DNA of 64,000 bases from Malacoraja senta (Eukaryota). Of this stretch, positions 13,700-27,712 are shown piece by piece (position 1 is the first letter of the stretch; each line of letters opens with the position of its first letter). A program made the translations under genes and the position numbers. Under the pieces are notes generated by a model. The model was not told the DNA's origin, did no database searches, and saw only the letters and a program-made list of their open reading frames with translations. The stretch covers positions 10,976,001 to 11,040,000 of the forward strand of contig CM075990.1 in NCBI GenBank assembly GCA_038087875.1, read 5' to 3'.

Positions 13700-13915
13700 C
13701 ATTTTTGAATGTCAACGGGACCCAGTCATATACTAAGAATCCAGTGCCACTCTATTCTATTCTGGGAGTACTGCACTGTTGGTGGTGATTTTTTTTTTAC
13801 GGCTGAGTTGAACTAAAGCCATCCCAGACAAATGTAAAATATCCATGTCAAACATGAAAGAAGAGCACAGTGATTTCCTAATGTTCAGACTAATATTTGG
13901 CTCTCAAACGGCATG
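13700..13915 (+). mobile_element. Ancient Deu-domain SINE fragment
   Basis: gggagtactgcactgttggtggtg...tgtaaaatatccatg...gaagagcacag resembles the Deu core. Confidence 0.5.
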
Positions 13916-16900
13916 TACAATTCTAAATTATCCATTTACTTCGATACTCTTTGTTGGAGCTTGCTGTACACAAAGTGGCTTCCTTTCATTATATGAAAAA
14001 CAATGACTATAGATCAAAAGGAGAGGTACTAGGTTGTCTTTGTAGCTCTTTGAGATACCCTGTTTCTTTTTCTTGTATGCTAGTGGGAACAACTTACACA
14101 TTGATGTCGAGATTTTGTAAACAGCTATGGATCTGATGAACCTGCGAAACATGTCACTAATGACTGGAGGGGCAGTCTAATTCCCTTGATGATATGATTC
14201 TTGTTTGACTTGTTTCTGAAATCACAGCTGTGCTGTTGAAGTCCTGATTTCTAATGAAGTTTTTGTTTTGGACATTTATATTGTTACATTTTGATTTTCC
14301 TCGTTGCCCTACCATTAATCAAGATTTATCACTGGAGTTTCTCTCATGTTGGCTTTCTTGATTTGAACCACAATAATGGCATTGATTTATCAGGTTTGCA
14401 GGAATGTAATCAGTTAAGTAGGTGACAAAAGCTTTGCCTTCCAATATTTGGGATAAGGATGTTCATATCTGTGGGGGTCCATTCAATTGCAATTGACTTC
14501 AATGTTCTGTTAATAATTTGCATGGATATGTTTCATTCCATATTTATTTATTGGTGCCGCAATCGTTCGCCCACACAGAAGCACAATTTGCTGTGGTTAA
14601 GTCCATTAAATCCAAAATGGCTCTTTGGATGGTTCCCCCCCCCTGCACTGTATTGGTTCTCATGAGATTCAAATGGCTTATTCTCTCCTTCACTTTTTCC
14701 TTGGTCTTCAACAATGTTTTCTCCTTTGTCCCTTTATTTTTTCCTTGGTTTTCTACCTTTGTTCCTCTATTTTGCAATCCTTTCTTTTCCCCTTCTCTCC
14801 CTTTCTTCCTCTCTCTGAACTTGCCAGGTTTATAATGGAACATCGAGGCCCAACACCCTGTCTATGAGAATAAAACAAGCAGAACTCAGTTGCAAATAAA
14901 AGACCAGGCAGGGCCATGTTTGGCTCCATACTTCTTCACACGGTTTCATCCAAAGGAGCCTTTATTTGTAGTTGTGTGTGCATCATCCTCCCTCTCATGG
15001 GTTGGAGTTTCACTCCAAGGCTTCTGTTGTAACCAAGAGTCATTCAATAAATACAAGAGCTTATCCATTTGGTCAGTTGATCATATTGATGATAACTTGC
15101 ATTTGTGCAATACTTCTAAAGCTGTAAAAAATTCTAGCTGAAACACGACGAGTCTCTGCACAAAATAAATGGGTCAAAGGTTAATTGGTGCAAAATATCA
15201 AATCTTTGGCCAAAGAGTGAATGTTTTCAGCACTTTTAAAAGGAGGAGAGAGAGGTTTGAATTTCATAACTTAGGATCTAGGGCTATAGAAGTGGAGGAT
15301 GGACAAGTGACAAGAGTTAGAGCAACATACATAAGAGTGGAAAGATTCATCTTGCCTTCAATGGTGTGATTAGGTATTCTGTTATTCTGCTATGATTCTT
15401 AATGCAACATTCCAATAGTTCAAATTAGTTATTAATGCTGGGCTGAGTTTGTTCACGTATAGATTTATATTTGAGATGTGAAGCTTTCAAATGTTTCAAT
15501 GTGTTTTTTTCAGCTCTTCAACCAAAATGTCATAAGACAAGTTAAATGCAGTAGACGATGTACAACAGGTAGATTGTACATTAGTAGATGGAGAGATAGG
15601 GGGAGGATTAGTCTGTTTATGTTACTTTCTGGGGATTAGGTAAGTCACTGTCTTGTTAAAACCATTTGTCTTTCTGGGGTGGTCCTGCATAATGCAGGCA
15701 GCAGTGAGTTGCTTGTCAGGACAAGCTGGATTAGAGGGAAGCAGACAATCCTACACACTCACTGTTGGCTTTCTGTGAGAGAAGGGCATGAAGATGGGAC
15801 GACACAAAAAGGTGTTAAGCTCTCTTGCTGCAATTCTATAAACACAAAGGAACTAAGAAAGTGAACTTTGGAATTTTCATATCCCGAAGCCCCAATGATC
15901 GGACTTTGGATTGAAATAACACACAAAGACATTTAAAGGCATCCACCTAAATCTGTGCAATGTTTATGGAAATTTACATCCTTCCAACCTAATAATGAAT
16001 TGCACGAAAGTTGCTCTTATGCCTAGCACTTCCATAAAAACCACTTATATACTGGCTGCCAATCTCAGATATGTACTGGAATTAATTTATAGCTTGTTTA
16101 TAATTTATGGTTGTAAATTTGACTGATAGTCAGCTGATAAGACTTAAGGATCATAGAAGCACAAGAAGGTAGACACACAATGCTCGAGTAACTCAGCGGG
16201 GCAGGCAGCATCTCTGGATAGAAGGGATGGGTGACATTTTGGGTCGAGACCCTTCATATCAGATCAGTCTTCCCACTTGAAGAAGGGACTCAAGTGAAAC
16301 TTGCAGACATTTCAATGAAATTTGCCTTAATGTTCATTTTTATAGCATTGCTCCCAATCTCAGAGCTATGGCTGGTGTGCATTATACTTGCACAAATCAT
16401 CGATAGAAATTCTATTTTTAAAATCTCCATCTCTCTACCTCTTTCCTTTAGATCACATATGTTTTATTTATTTCTCCAAATCTTTTACTCTTAGGTTCAG
16501 GGTCTGTTACTTTCTTAAACCTCCATGAATTTCTACATGAAAGAGCAGTGTATAAATGCAGTAGCAAAATATTATCGCCGATGCAAACCATGAATTGAAA
16601 CAGAAAGATGGAAACACAAGAAACTGCAGATGGTGGAATCTTAAGCAAAACACAAATTATTGAAGGAATTCAGCAGGTTTTCCTGATAAAGCATCATTTT
16701 CACTCTTGTAGTTTGCGAACATCATTGTTATTAGAGTCTTCTTATGATATCGCCGAGTTCCTCCAGCACTTTGTATTTTTAAACGGGAAGGTGCTGACAA
16801 CAATCTGAAGTCTGTGGAGAGAGAGGATCAGAGAAAGTTCAGGTTCATCTGATAAATGATCATTGACATGAAGTATTAACCCTGTGGCTTTCCACAGATA

Positions 16901-18339
16901 TCGCTTGACCCGCTGAGTGCTCGCCTACTGAGAAATGCATGTTGCTCTAAACGTTGACCATTTTCGTCCTTTCCTTTACAACATCATCACAGTCCACACT
17001 TACAACAGAATCATATTTCTAAACTACTGGACTGAAAATAATGCTTTATTAGGAACAAATGTGTTTGAAAATATTGTGATAAAAACATCCATTGGCTGAG
17101 CGTAATGTTGTTGGGAATAACTCATCAACAGAGCATCAGATAATCAGAAGTTTAAAAAAATTAAAGAATATTAGTTACTGTTAATTTACTTGTCCCTGTG
17201 TGATGTCCCTGCCATGCAATGAGGGGCTGCATCCTCCGTACAAGATAATGGATGACCTATGAAAGGATACCGACAGGAATGAATCAAAAGGATTCCACTG
17301 GTGTCATGAATCAAGGACAAAGCACGTGTGGTATTCAATGTCACTAGAACTTGTAGATTGAATTAGTGCCTCATATCCTTGACAGCCTTGTTGTTATTCT
17401 TTATATGGTACCGAGAAGCGTTTATATTTATTATCTGAGCTCGCTGCATGTTGGGTTTTTTCCCTGTGGGATTATTCCACAGCCAAGGGGAAGTGTTTCT
17501 TTTTAATCCTTTCCCAGGATTTGGGTGATGCTGGTAAGGGCAAATTTATCAGCTGCTGCAGGGAAAGTGGGGAGGACTCTTACTGAACTTTTCTATTGAA
17601 CAAAGCTGGTGAAATAGATAGGAGTGTTAGTGGATCTAAAGAAATGCAGTTCCAAACAATTATGTTGCTTGTTGAATACTATTTTATCTTTGGCAACACA
17701 GCAGTGATAAATTGGGATGTACAAATGATGCACTAAACCTACAGCTTTTCTTTCCAGATTAAACACCTTTCATCTTCAACATAAACATAATCAACTCTGT
17801 TTCTCCATCGATGAATAAGTACTTCCAGCATTTCTGTTTTTATTTCAGAATTCAGATCTGCGTTACTCAGCTTTTACATTTGAGCTTTATTGTTGAATAA
17901 TTAATTCAGATATGGTGTAGGGAACATGCTCTAACTTGACCTGCTTTCAGGGAGTTGTTCAGTGCAGTCGGAAATTCCATGGCTCATGGCCGGTTGAAGG
18001 AAATTCCTATCTCCCAAGGATGAATAGAATTGTTCACTTGCCTCCTGCCCTATCAAACCTAATACCAAGTATGGTAGAAGAAGTAGGTAGATGACGTAGA
18101 CAGTTCTATTATTGATGTATTAACAATAAATATAATTGGGAGAAAGCTTTGCTCTGCATGGTCATAATAAGTGCACGGAAGAGTCTTGAACACTGATTGC
18201 ACTCACCTCTCACACTTTTAGTTCTGTTGATGTCAATGGAAACAAATGTGTGAAGATGACCATGGCCCAAGGCTGATAGCCTCTCGCACATTTTGTGCTG
18301 GCAACCAACAAATAATCTCTTTCTCTCTCTCTGTATCTT

Positions 18340-18870
18340 TCAAGCCATCAGGCTTTCAATATTGCTGACCATCCCACCATCAGAGAGATTTATAGGAGGC
18401 GATGCCTCAAAAAGGCAGCCGGCATCATCTAAGACCCATCCCACCCTGGCTACCCTCTCATTTCACTCCAACTATCGGGAAGAAGATACAAGTGTCTGAA
18501 TGGCTCGATTGTAATCATGTATTGTCTTTCCGCTGACTGGATAGCATGCATCAAAAGCTTCTCACTGTACCTCGGTACACGTGACAATAAACTGAACTAA
18601 CTAAACTAAAACTATGACCTCCACGTTCAAGAACAGCTTCTTCCCGACCGCCATCAAGTTCTTTACCACCAGGAAACGCTAACTAAACTATGAACTATGG
18701 ACCCTCTTGCTGGCACTAAGGACTTTGGCCTTTTTTTTGCACTGTATTTTTTGATGATTATTAGTTAATTTTGTTGTTATTTATTCGAGGTTATCTATGA
18801 GCGTTGTGTTTACTGTTATGTTTCTGCAAGTAAGGATTTCATTGTTAATACATATAACAAATACTCTTGA
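18340..18870 (+). mobile_element. Rex1/Babar 3' fragment containing a nested Rex1-type tail
   Basis: CLKKAAGI..DPSHPG...FKNSFFPTAI matches the C-terminus of the 43458-44090 ORF; nested tail at ~18500-18612. Confidence 0.7.
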
Positions 18871-21453
18871 TCAGTGTGAATCTTGTGAAAGATGGAAGTC
18901 TGACATCTACTGATAGAGTTGAGTGACTGCTGGGATGGGCAGGAGACACAGAGGCGAATATGTCTTTTCACTCAGCGACTGGACTTTGCATTGACTTACT
19001 CGGAATCCTCTGCATTGTGTTGAGGAATTACTTCTTGAATCCTTTGCCAGCTAGACCTGTTCCCTGTCCCCTTCATTTTCAATTGGGATTGTAGGGTAAA
19101 GATTTAGCAGGCAAAAGGAAAGTTAGTTTTTTTTTAAATCGTTTTGTTTAAATGTTTTTCATTATTTGCAAATGTTTATGTGTTTTTTGTTCATTTTAAT
19201 CAGCTTTTTAAAAAAATGTTAAAATCACATTTGGAGGTGGTTTATTGGAGAGGAAAGACTGAGGAAATCCATCAGCTTTCTCATGTGAAAGTCAAAGATG
19301 TCATGGCACAATTTGGAGGAAAAGCACAACATTCTCCCTGGCTCACTTATTTTTCAATCAACATAATTGAAACACATACTCATTACTTTGCGAATTGTGG
19401 TGCAAACTGCTTTGTGCAAATTGCCAACTGTGTTTCCTATATTACAACTCTCTATACATGGAAATTATTTAATTGGTTGTAAAGTCCTTTGTCATGGACC
19501 AAAATGACAATTAAAGATGCAGTAGAAATGAGTCCTTGTTTGTTTCTTCCTTTTGACATGTGGAGTTTGGTCAAAATTTGGCCAGAAACTGATCCTTGGT
19601 CTGTTGTTACTATTTAATCTGAGTTGGCAGGTTCTTTTTAATTAAGAGGAAAAGGCAGGTTTAGGGAATCAAGCAACAGTTTAGCTAAGGCGTTATTGTG
19701 TAGCAGAAGCGGCTTGAGGATGGAAAGGCCTCGCGTTCTTCTTGTTCTTCTGTGGTGGCCATATTTTCACGGCCAAAGACTCACTCCAAGTGTCCCTCAC
19801 AGTGATTAATTACCCGTGGGTTTTCCTCCAGCAATCTTGCGAATGCTGGCGTGGGTCAGCCATGAATCAGGAGGGGTGCAATATCAGCTCGTGATCCCAG
19901 CACCATTACTGAAATTAGCGGCTGTTCAAATTTAGGTCTGCTGTAAATCTTTCCGCCAACGGAACAGCGGTCGATCTGATGACAGACGTGCGGCATTGTC
20001 ACCCTTTGCGAAACCATCTGGTCAGCACTCAGTTTTTTCCTGTAACACAATCTTGCATTCAGATGACTCTGAAGAGTCATCAAATGAAGGCAATGTGCTC
20101 TCACCAATAAAGTACGAAAATATATCTGCTCTGTCTCGGGGTCTTTACAGTTACCGCTGTTACTATTTTATTTGGATCCATTAAAATTTGAAGCATTTGG
20201 TCACGCTGGATTGGAAATAGCAAAAGTATCAGTGACATGCTGTTATCCAGGAAGTACCTCATATCTCAGCCTCCCTCTTACCCTGGTTAATGTAAAAGCC
20301 AGCTATCTGCCTGATCCACTGTCGTTTGCCTGGGCAGCTAACTGGTGGCCAACACAGTGAGTGAAGCCTTGTCAATACAAAGAATTCAAGTCTTCTTTTG
20401 AAGCACTCTTCCTCATTGCACCTCTAATTTGTTTTTTTTGCATTGCATTGAATGGAGCAAAATGCCCCATGTTGTAAAAATAACTCTATGGAAACAAATG
20501 CCGGCCAATAGTTAACAGATATATACCTGTGGTGTGAGTTTTACAGCGATCCCAATGAACAAGGCAAATAGGTTATGAGAATTCCTGAGCTTGGGAACTA
20601 GATAGCTTAAAGATTGGTCACCACCCCGCGGTGGATGAAAATGGGGCCAGAATTCTCAGAGCATTGCAGAGATACAGATAAAGTGTAAGGTTTCAACAGA
20701 AGAATGTGTGAGATTTGTACTGACAGCCGATTGTGGATGAGCTTCAGATGAAGACGTTTTGAGATGGACTGTCATGACCTCTGAATAGACAAACCCCAAC
20801 TACTAAACTTACACTCATTTTCTCAGCATACAGTTCCTTCCTTGTCAGTTGTTCAATAGGAATATTTTTTTTCGAGTGAGTCAGATATTTGTGGATATTA
20901 ACTTGATTAATCTAAAGTTTACACTCTCAACGCAGTGTTGACGGCGCTGAATTAAAAACAGAAATGACCAAAAACACTCAGCAGGTCAGGCAGCATCTGT
21001 GGAATGGGGAAAACGTTAATTTTTTTTGTGAGAACTGGGATAGAAAGATAAAAAAGGAAAAAAAAAATACTGTAAGTTGCTGAGAAGGTTGCGGGAGGGA
21101 TGGAAAAATCAAAGAAAATATTTGTCATGGGTGAGACCAGATTAGAAGGAAGAATGGGACTTTTACAGAGTGATTATGATTCCTCGTGTTATGTGTTGCT
21201 AATACCAAGGCTATGGGACATACCCAGCAGGACAGCCTGGACACAAGGAGCAAAACTGTCACACTCACAGAATGGATGACTTGCATCAGAAATGACTCGT
21301 TTAATACAGATGGAAAAAAATAGTCACCTCTAGTTGGAGAATTCAAAGTTGCATCTGACAAAGTGCTGCACTGCCAGAAGCACTGGACTGCACAGGGAGA
21401 AGTTGTTGAAGACATTAAACTCTCACACATGGACGTGAACTGTTTACACTTTA

Positions 21454-21961
21454 AGGGCCTGTCCCACGAGCATGCGATTGCATGCGGCAAGCGCGACCAA
21501 ACCGAAAGCGGGGGCCGCGCGGAGGTCGAGTGATCCCCGTATAGGGCTTGTCCCACCAGCATGCGACTGCATGCGGCGAGCGCGACCAAACCGGAAGCGG
21601 GGGCCGCGCGGAGGTCGAGTGATCCCGTACGAGTTGACGTGAAGTTCGAGCGAAGTCAGCGGGAAGTTCGCGCGTGATGTACGGCGTCAAGACGCTGCGT
21701 ACGGCGTCGAGATGCTGCGTATGCCCGTCGAGGGCGGTGCGTACGGCCTCAATGCGGCTGTGGGCTGGCAGGCTGTTGCTGCGCGGAATTTTTGGACAGT
21801 GTCAGTTTTTCGGAGCCCCGCGCGATGTTGGGACCAGCTCCGCACAACTCCATACGGCTCTGGCGATCGAAGTGGGACCAGCCCTGCGAGGCCGTACGGC
21901 TCAAGCGACCATGTTAGGTCGCGCTTGCCGCATGCAGTCGCATGCTCGTGGGACAGGCCCT
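21454..21961. mobile_element. PIF/Harbinger-type MITE
   Basis: ~45-bp TIRs starting AGGGCCTGTCCCAC; TTA TSD at 21451-53 and 21962-64; second left terminus at ~21544. Confidence 0.85.
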
Positions 21962-22351
21962 TTAACATCAAAGCTCAGTAGGATTATTTTCCTCAGTATT
22001 TGTTCTCTGCCTTTAGCATGACAAAATACATAAATTAATGGGCCATTGTCACTTCACCTTTTGAAGAATTATACTTTGTCAAAGCACTTATCTTTAACCA
22101 TTTATCTATGTCACTCTATTGTCAATCTCCGTGAGATGATTGCTTCCAACTCTGAATTTTGAATTACTTTATAATTCACTCTGTTCTAATGAAAAATGGC
22201 CCCAAATGACAAAACAATCCAATTTGCAATTTAATTTGCACACATCAATTTAGTACTTTCTGGTTCTCTAGCTTTGTAACATAACCACCACTGCGCCATA
22301 GGGGGACCCAAATATTCATCTATTTCTATCTGAAAGCAACAATGAAGGTAT

Positions 22352-22555
22352 AGAAACAGAGAACTGCAGATGCTGATTAATCCACAAAAGGACACAAAGT
22401 CCTGGAGTAACTCAGCAAGTCAGGCAACATCACTGGACCATGGGTAGGGTACGTTTCGGGTCGTGTCTAAGAAGGGTCTCGACCAGAAACGTCACCTATC
22501 CATGATCTCCAGAGATGCTGCCTGACCTGCTGAGTTACTCAGCACTTTGTGTCCT
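22352..22555. mobile_element. Fold-back PLE-derived element
   Basis: Inverted arms around a gtttcgggtcg / gaagggtctcgaccagaaacgtc centre. Confidence 0.8.
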
Positions 22556-23556
22556 GATGTTGAAAGTCTCCAAGTTTATGCGCTCAGATAATGTCGCCTT
22601 GAATTAAAGATATAAAGACGAATTGTGTTCCACTTCTGGACTCAATATAGCACAAAAGCATCAAGATCAGGGAATGGACGAAGTTTGTGTCTCTGCAGAT
22701 TCTTCCTTGTGATGCATGAGAGTACAGCCGTATTTAAAGTCACCACTACATCGGCCCATTTTTGTTGGGTCAGCAGGTCGTTACAAGGCCAAGATGATCA
22801 TTGTAGCTGTACCTCCAACATTTGGTATAAATTCACTGTACCTTTGCAAAGCCAAGTGGAATAGCTGTACATACCCCTTCTGCCTGCAACAATCTGGGTC
22901 TCTTGTGACTCAAATCTTCAATGTTGGATTTTTCATGCATGCATCAAATTTCAGAAACGATATAAGTATGCCCTTGAACCTCACTCAAAAACTCAGGGCT
23001 TTGTGGAGGAGTATTTATGTTCAAACTGTCATTGTGTAATGGTAGTATATTAGCAGTTAGAAGTTACGCCAAAAGTGGTACACATTTTAAGGCAGCCCTG
23101 TATGGATCAGCTTACTATTGGTTACTAACCTTCATTTAACATACTCAGTAGTAATGTTACAATTAATGTTACAATTGAATGCCTTTTCCTGCACCTCTGT
23201 TCATTAGCCTAACCTGCTAGTCTCAAATCAATTTTCTAAATTTCATGCAGGTGGGAGATAGATTGAATGGTCCCGGGGGAGTTGAAGAGCAATGACAGAC
23301 TCATCTTGTTAGCATCAAGAAATCTGAAGCCCTCATGAAGTGGGGGATGGTACATTGCAATGAAAATAATGAGAAAGAAATGAGTTTTGGTTCTTCCATA
23401 GACTCGGTCCAGCTGAAAGCAATCCAACCATTTGTATTTCAATCACCTCATCCCTGAGTTGCTCCCAGAATCACACCATTGATTTCATTTACCTTGAGGC
23501 AGAATGAACATTATCTTCACCATGTGTTAATTCCAATAGAAATGGCTGGAACAACA

Positions 23557-23852
23557 CTAACAATGGGAGAGTCCAGGACTCATGGTCATAGCCTCAGAAT
23601 TAAAAGAATTAGGAAGGAGATGAGGAGGAATTTCTTTAGTCAGAGGGTGGTGAATTTGTGGAATTCATTGCCACAGAAGGCTGTAGAGGCCAAGTCAATG
23701 GATATTTTTAAGGCAGAGATAGATAGATTCTTGATTAGTAGGGGTTATGGTGAGAAGGCAGGAGAATGGGGTTAGGAGGGAGATGTTGATCAACCATGAT
23801 TAAATGGTAGAATAGACTTGATGGGCCGAATCCTACTCCTATTACTTATGAC
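23557..23852 (+). mobile_element. CR1 3' fragment
   Basis: MGESRTHGHSLRI...FFSQRVVNLWNSLPQKAVEA followed by CR1 tail. Confidence 0.85.
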
Positions 23853-24078
23853 AACTATATGTGGCCTATTTTTAATCTCAATATACCATCTTTAAGTATC
23901 CCTTTCGACTGTCTCGCAACAGAGCCAAACTCAGTACGGATTGACATATCCCAAACAATTTTCTCGCTTCAGTTTTCACCTCAGTACTTCAGCTCTGGGT
24001 TGGAAATATGATGTATATGCACACAGTGATCTCATGTGAGCGTCGTGGTACACCAACATGTCTGTCTGTCACATTCTT

Positions 24079-24712
24079 TTTTTTTTCTCTCTTTTTAAAT
24101 TTTTAATTTTTAATTTTTTTTTATTTTATTAGAAGCAATGTACATACACCTTAATCATAATATGCAACATATTACATTTCTTGCACAACTTCTTTTTTTT
24201 CTTTTTTTAAACTTTAACCTATAATAGAAAAAGAGAAAAGAAAAAAGAGAAAGAAGAAAAGAGTGAGGATAGTAGTGAAGTGTAGTCCGCAGTAGTTGGC
24301 GTTAAGTGAATGATAATGGTTAAGTAGAATGCGTGCTTGAAAATGTGAAAAGAAAAGAAGAAAAAAAGGCCCCACAGAAAAGGGGGGCCTCAAGAAAAGA
24401 AAAAGAAAATAAGTAAGGAATCTAAAAAAGGTAAGGCTAAGCAAGAAGGAAAGGGAATGTGTCTAATTCCTGATGATTCACACCCATCACCTAGTTCTAA
24501 AAGAATTATTTTCCAGGGTTGTGTTGCACCATATTACACCTGTAACTAATCAATGAAAGGTGACCATATTCTTGAGAATTGCTCTTGTTTTCCTGCTAGA
24601 ACAAGTCTCATTTCCTCAAGATGTAGTATTTCCGACATATTTGTAATCCACATTTTAAACGTTGGGATAGGAGCGTCTTTCCAGAATTTAAGTATAAGTT
24701 TTTTTGCCTTTA
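24079..24712 (-). mobile_element. LINE-1 3' fragment (ORF2 C-terminus, 3' UTR, A-rich tail); 3' part of the U4-L1 chimera
   Basis: Minus strand reads AKKLILKFWKDAPIPTFKMWITNMSEILHLEEMRLVLAGKQEQFSRIWSPFID, like fish L1 ORF2 ends; A-rich tail abuts TSD CTGTCACATTCTT (24066-24078 and 24798-24810). Confidence 0.85.
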
Positions 24713-24715
24713 GCA

Positions 24716-24799
24716 GGGGTATTGGGAAAAGTTTTCAATAAGCAATAATCGCGCCTCGGGTAAACCTCATCGGCTACGATACTGCCACTGCGCAAAGCT
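24716..24799 (-). pseudogene. RNU4: U4 snRNA retrocopy, nt 1-84, 3'-truncated and fused to L1
   Basis: Minus strand AGCTTTGCGCAGTGGCAGTATCGTAGCCGATGAGGTTTACCCGAGGCGCGATTATTGCTTATTGAAAACTTTTCCCAATACCCC matches the vertebrate U4 5' domain from nt 1 (about 3 differences from human U4 as recalled); no Sm site or 3' stem-loops. Confidence 0.95.
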
Positions 24800-25214
24800 G
24801 TCACATTCTTAGGCCTACATGGACGATCCAAAATGGTGAATATTTGTGAGAGCCGTTCTCCAATGAGTGGACTCTACTTTTACATTTTTGCTGTGTTGAA
24901 AACTGGAAAAGCGAGGCGAAAATAAATTAGTGCAGTAACGGAACGAATGCAGAAAGAAGAACAGATATGTTGATAGATAAGGGGAGATAATGAGAGAGAA
25001 AGAAGTAAGAGAGGAGAGTACAGGAATAGGGAAGGGTGGGGTGAGGATGGGATGGAGACAATTATATTATATTGGATGTGGTTGGGAAGGTGGTGAGGAG
25101 ACAGTTTCAGAAAGGTACATAGATCCTGGCAGATTAGTCACATCACTCTGAATGCTGGAATATGGTCAATGGGCTGAGTAATCTATTTTGCTCATGTTAC
25201 CTACTTAGTTTAAC

Positions 25215-25740
<526 letters not shown>

Positions 25741-27379
25741 AGAGCCAGCGTTCCTTCCTATATAAAAGAGGCTGTTCTCATGTAAAATGGGCACTCAATG
25801 TCCATCCTCAATATTCCTGACGAAGCTGATCTGCCTTTTCAAAGCACAGGGGTTCATCTGGAAAAGTTACATCCTCAATGTTATAAAATAAGGAATTCTA
25901 GCATTTTGACCCAGCAACAGTGGAAGGGTGAGATGTATCCAAGTTACGATGGCATCCGGGAAAAGGAAACTTGAAGATGTTGGTTTGTTCCATCAGCCTT
26001 CGGATGCTTTCCTTGTTGGTGAGGGACATCATGGGTTTGGAGGCGCTGTTAGAGAAACTCTGGAGTGTTGCTGCAGAGGATCTTTTAGATGTATCTTCTT
26101 ATCGCCAGAGCAGTCAAGCTGTGAGATGGTGCGTTTCACCGATCGATGGTCAAAAGGCCACGTCTTCTCCCTTTTGCTCAAGCCTTAAGGAAACTACTTG
26201 CTCCTCTGCTGGGGCTGCCAATCCCGACTGTGATGCCACTTGGGAAAACGCAATGATAATCTGCAACCATGGACAGCTGTAACCAATTAGAAATAAATTG
26301 AATCCAGAAGCTAACTCTTCCAATTCAACATTTCACAGACATGGCAGTGAGATGCAGGATTTCCTCAACATTACCTTTGACCTTTGTCATGCCTGACTTA
26401 AAAATGATGCTCAGGAAGGTCAAACAGTTTTCTAAAAAGGCCCCAAACACAAGAAAGATAGAGACATAAAAAACAATTAACATAAATTTCCATTCATACT
26501 TTATCAGGCTTTCTTCATGTGAACTAAAGTCACTCACAAGAGCACAGTGCAATTCAAAATTGCATGATCCATCAGAAATGGCTTCAACCGTTCAAATGAT
26601 TGAACAGTGGAAATAGCAACTGAAAATAAGATTAAAATCAGCAAGACCTGACAGGCCAGTGTGACTAAATCGATCTAAGTAAGGCAGAAAGCTCTTTTCC
26701 CTTAATGTAGCACAGTGGCACAGATGATGGAGCTGCTGCCTTACAGTGCCAGATACCTAGGTTCGATCCTGAACTATTTCCTTGGACTAAGAAATCACCT
26801 TGTGAATCATCTCTGTGCCTTCGTGTACCTCAAAATCCTATAAATGGCAAAGAACCCAAAGAGACTTAGAGAACACCGATGCTGGTTTTACATCCATTTT
26901 AGATAAGAGCATTAAGATGTGTGGAACAGAGATGGTAGATGAGGTGCATGACAACTATGTGTAGGAAAGAACTGCAGACGCTGGTTTAAATCAAACTAGA
27001 CACAAAATGCTGGAGTAACTCAGTGGGACAGGCAGCATCTCTGGCGAGAAGGAAAGGGGGATGTTTTGCGTCGAGACCCTTCAAAAGCTCATCTATTTAT
27101 TTCTCAAATATTGTGAGAGTACCTGGCCACCACAACTCAGGTTGTATATTCCAGGTTCTACCCACACACACTGGTTAGATAAATTCTTCCTCTAAACTTT
27201 CTCCCCTTAATCTAAATCTATGCATTGGCTTTAGATACTTTTGCCATGGGGAAATGTTTCCTCCTACCTATCCTATTGATGCTCCTCATTTCCATACCTC
27301 TATCAAGTCCCTTCTTAGCCTCCTCACTCCTCGGAAAACAAATTCCATCAAGCTATTCTCTCTTCATACCAAATGCTCC

Positions 27380-27712
27380 CAATGTTGGGGGATTCCAGAA
27401 CCAGGAGCCACAGTCTCTAAGAATAAAGGGGAGGCCATTTAAGACTGAGATGAGAAAAAACGTTTTCACCCAGAGAGTTGTGAATTTGTGGAATTCTCTG
27501 CCACGGAAGGCAGCGGAGGTCAATTCACTGGATGGATTTAAGAGAGAGTTAGATATAGCTCTTAGGGCTAGTGGAATCAAGGGGTATGGGGAGAAGGCAG
27601 GCACGGGTTGCTGATTGTGGATGATCAGCCATGATCACAATGAATGGCGGTGCTGGCTCGAAGGCCCGAATGGCCTCCTCCTGCACCTATTTTCTGTGTT
27701 TCTATGTTTCTA
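27380..27712 (+). mobile_element. Young CR1 3' fragment nested in an older antisense CR1
   Basis: SLRIKGRPFKTEMRKNVFTQRVVNLWNSLP...GYGEKAGTGC plus tail. Confidence 0.85.

Noticed and set aside
14544..14843. Lys-rich 99-aa ORF
   Set aside because: Low-complexity purine tract with no domain or splice support.
19856..20184. Overlapping ORFs as TBATA or ADAMTS14 exons
   Set aside because: No recognisable motif or consistent splice phase.
24716..24799. Functional U4 snRNA gene
   Set aside because: Lacks the 3' stem-loops and Sm site, and is enclosed with L1 inside a TSD.
25920..26282. Possible coding exon
   Set aside because: Resembles a decayed antisense LINE 3' fragment (similar sequence at ~10270-10330); stops in plausible frames.
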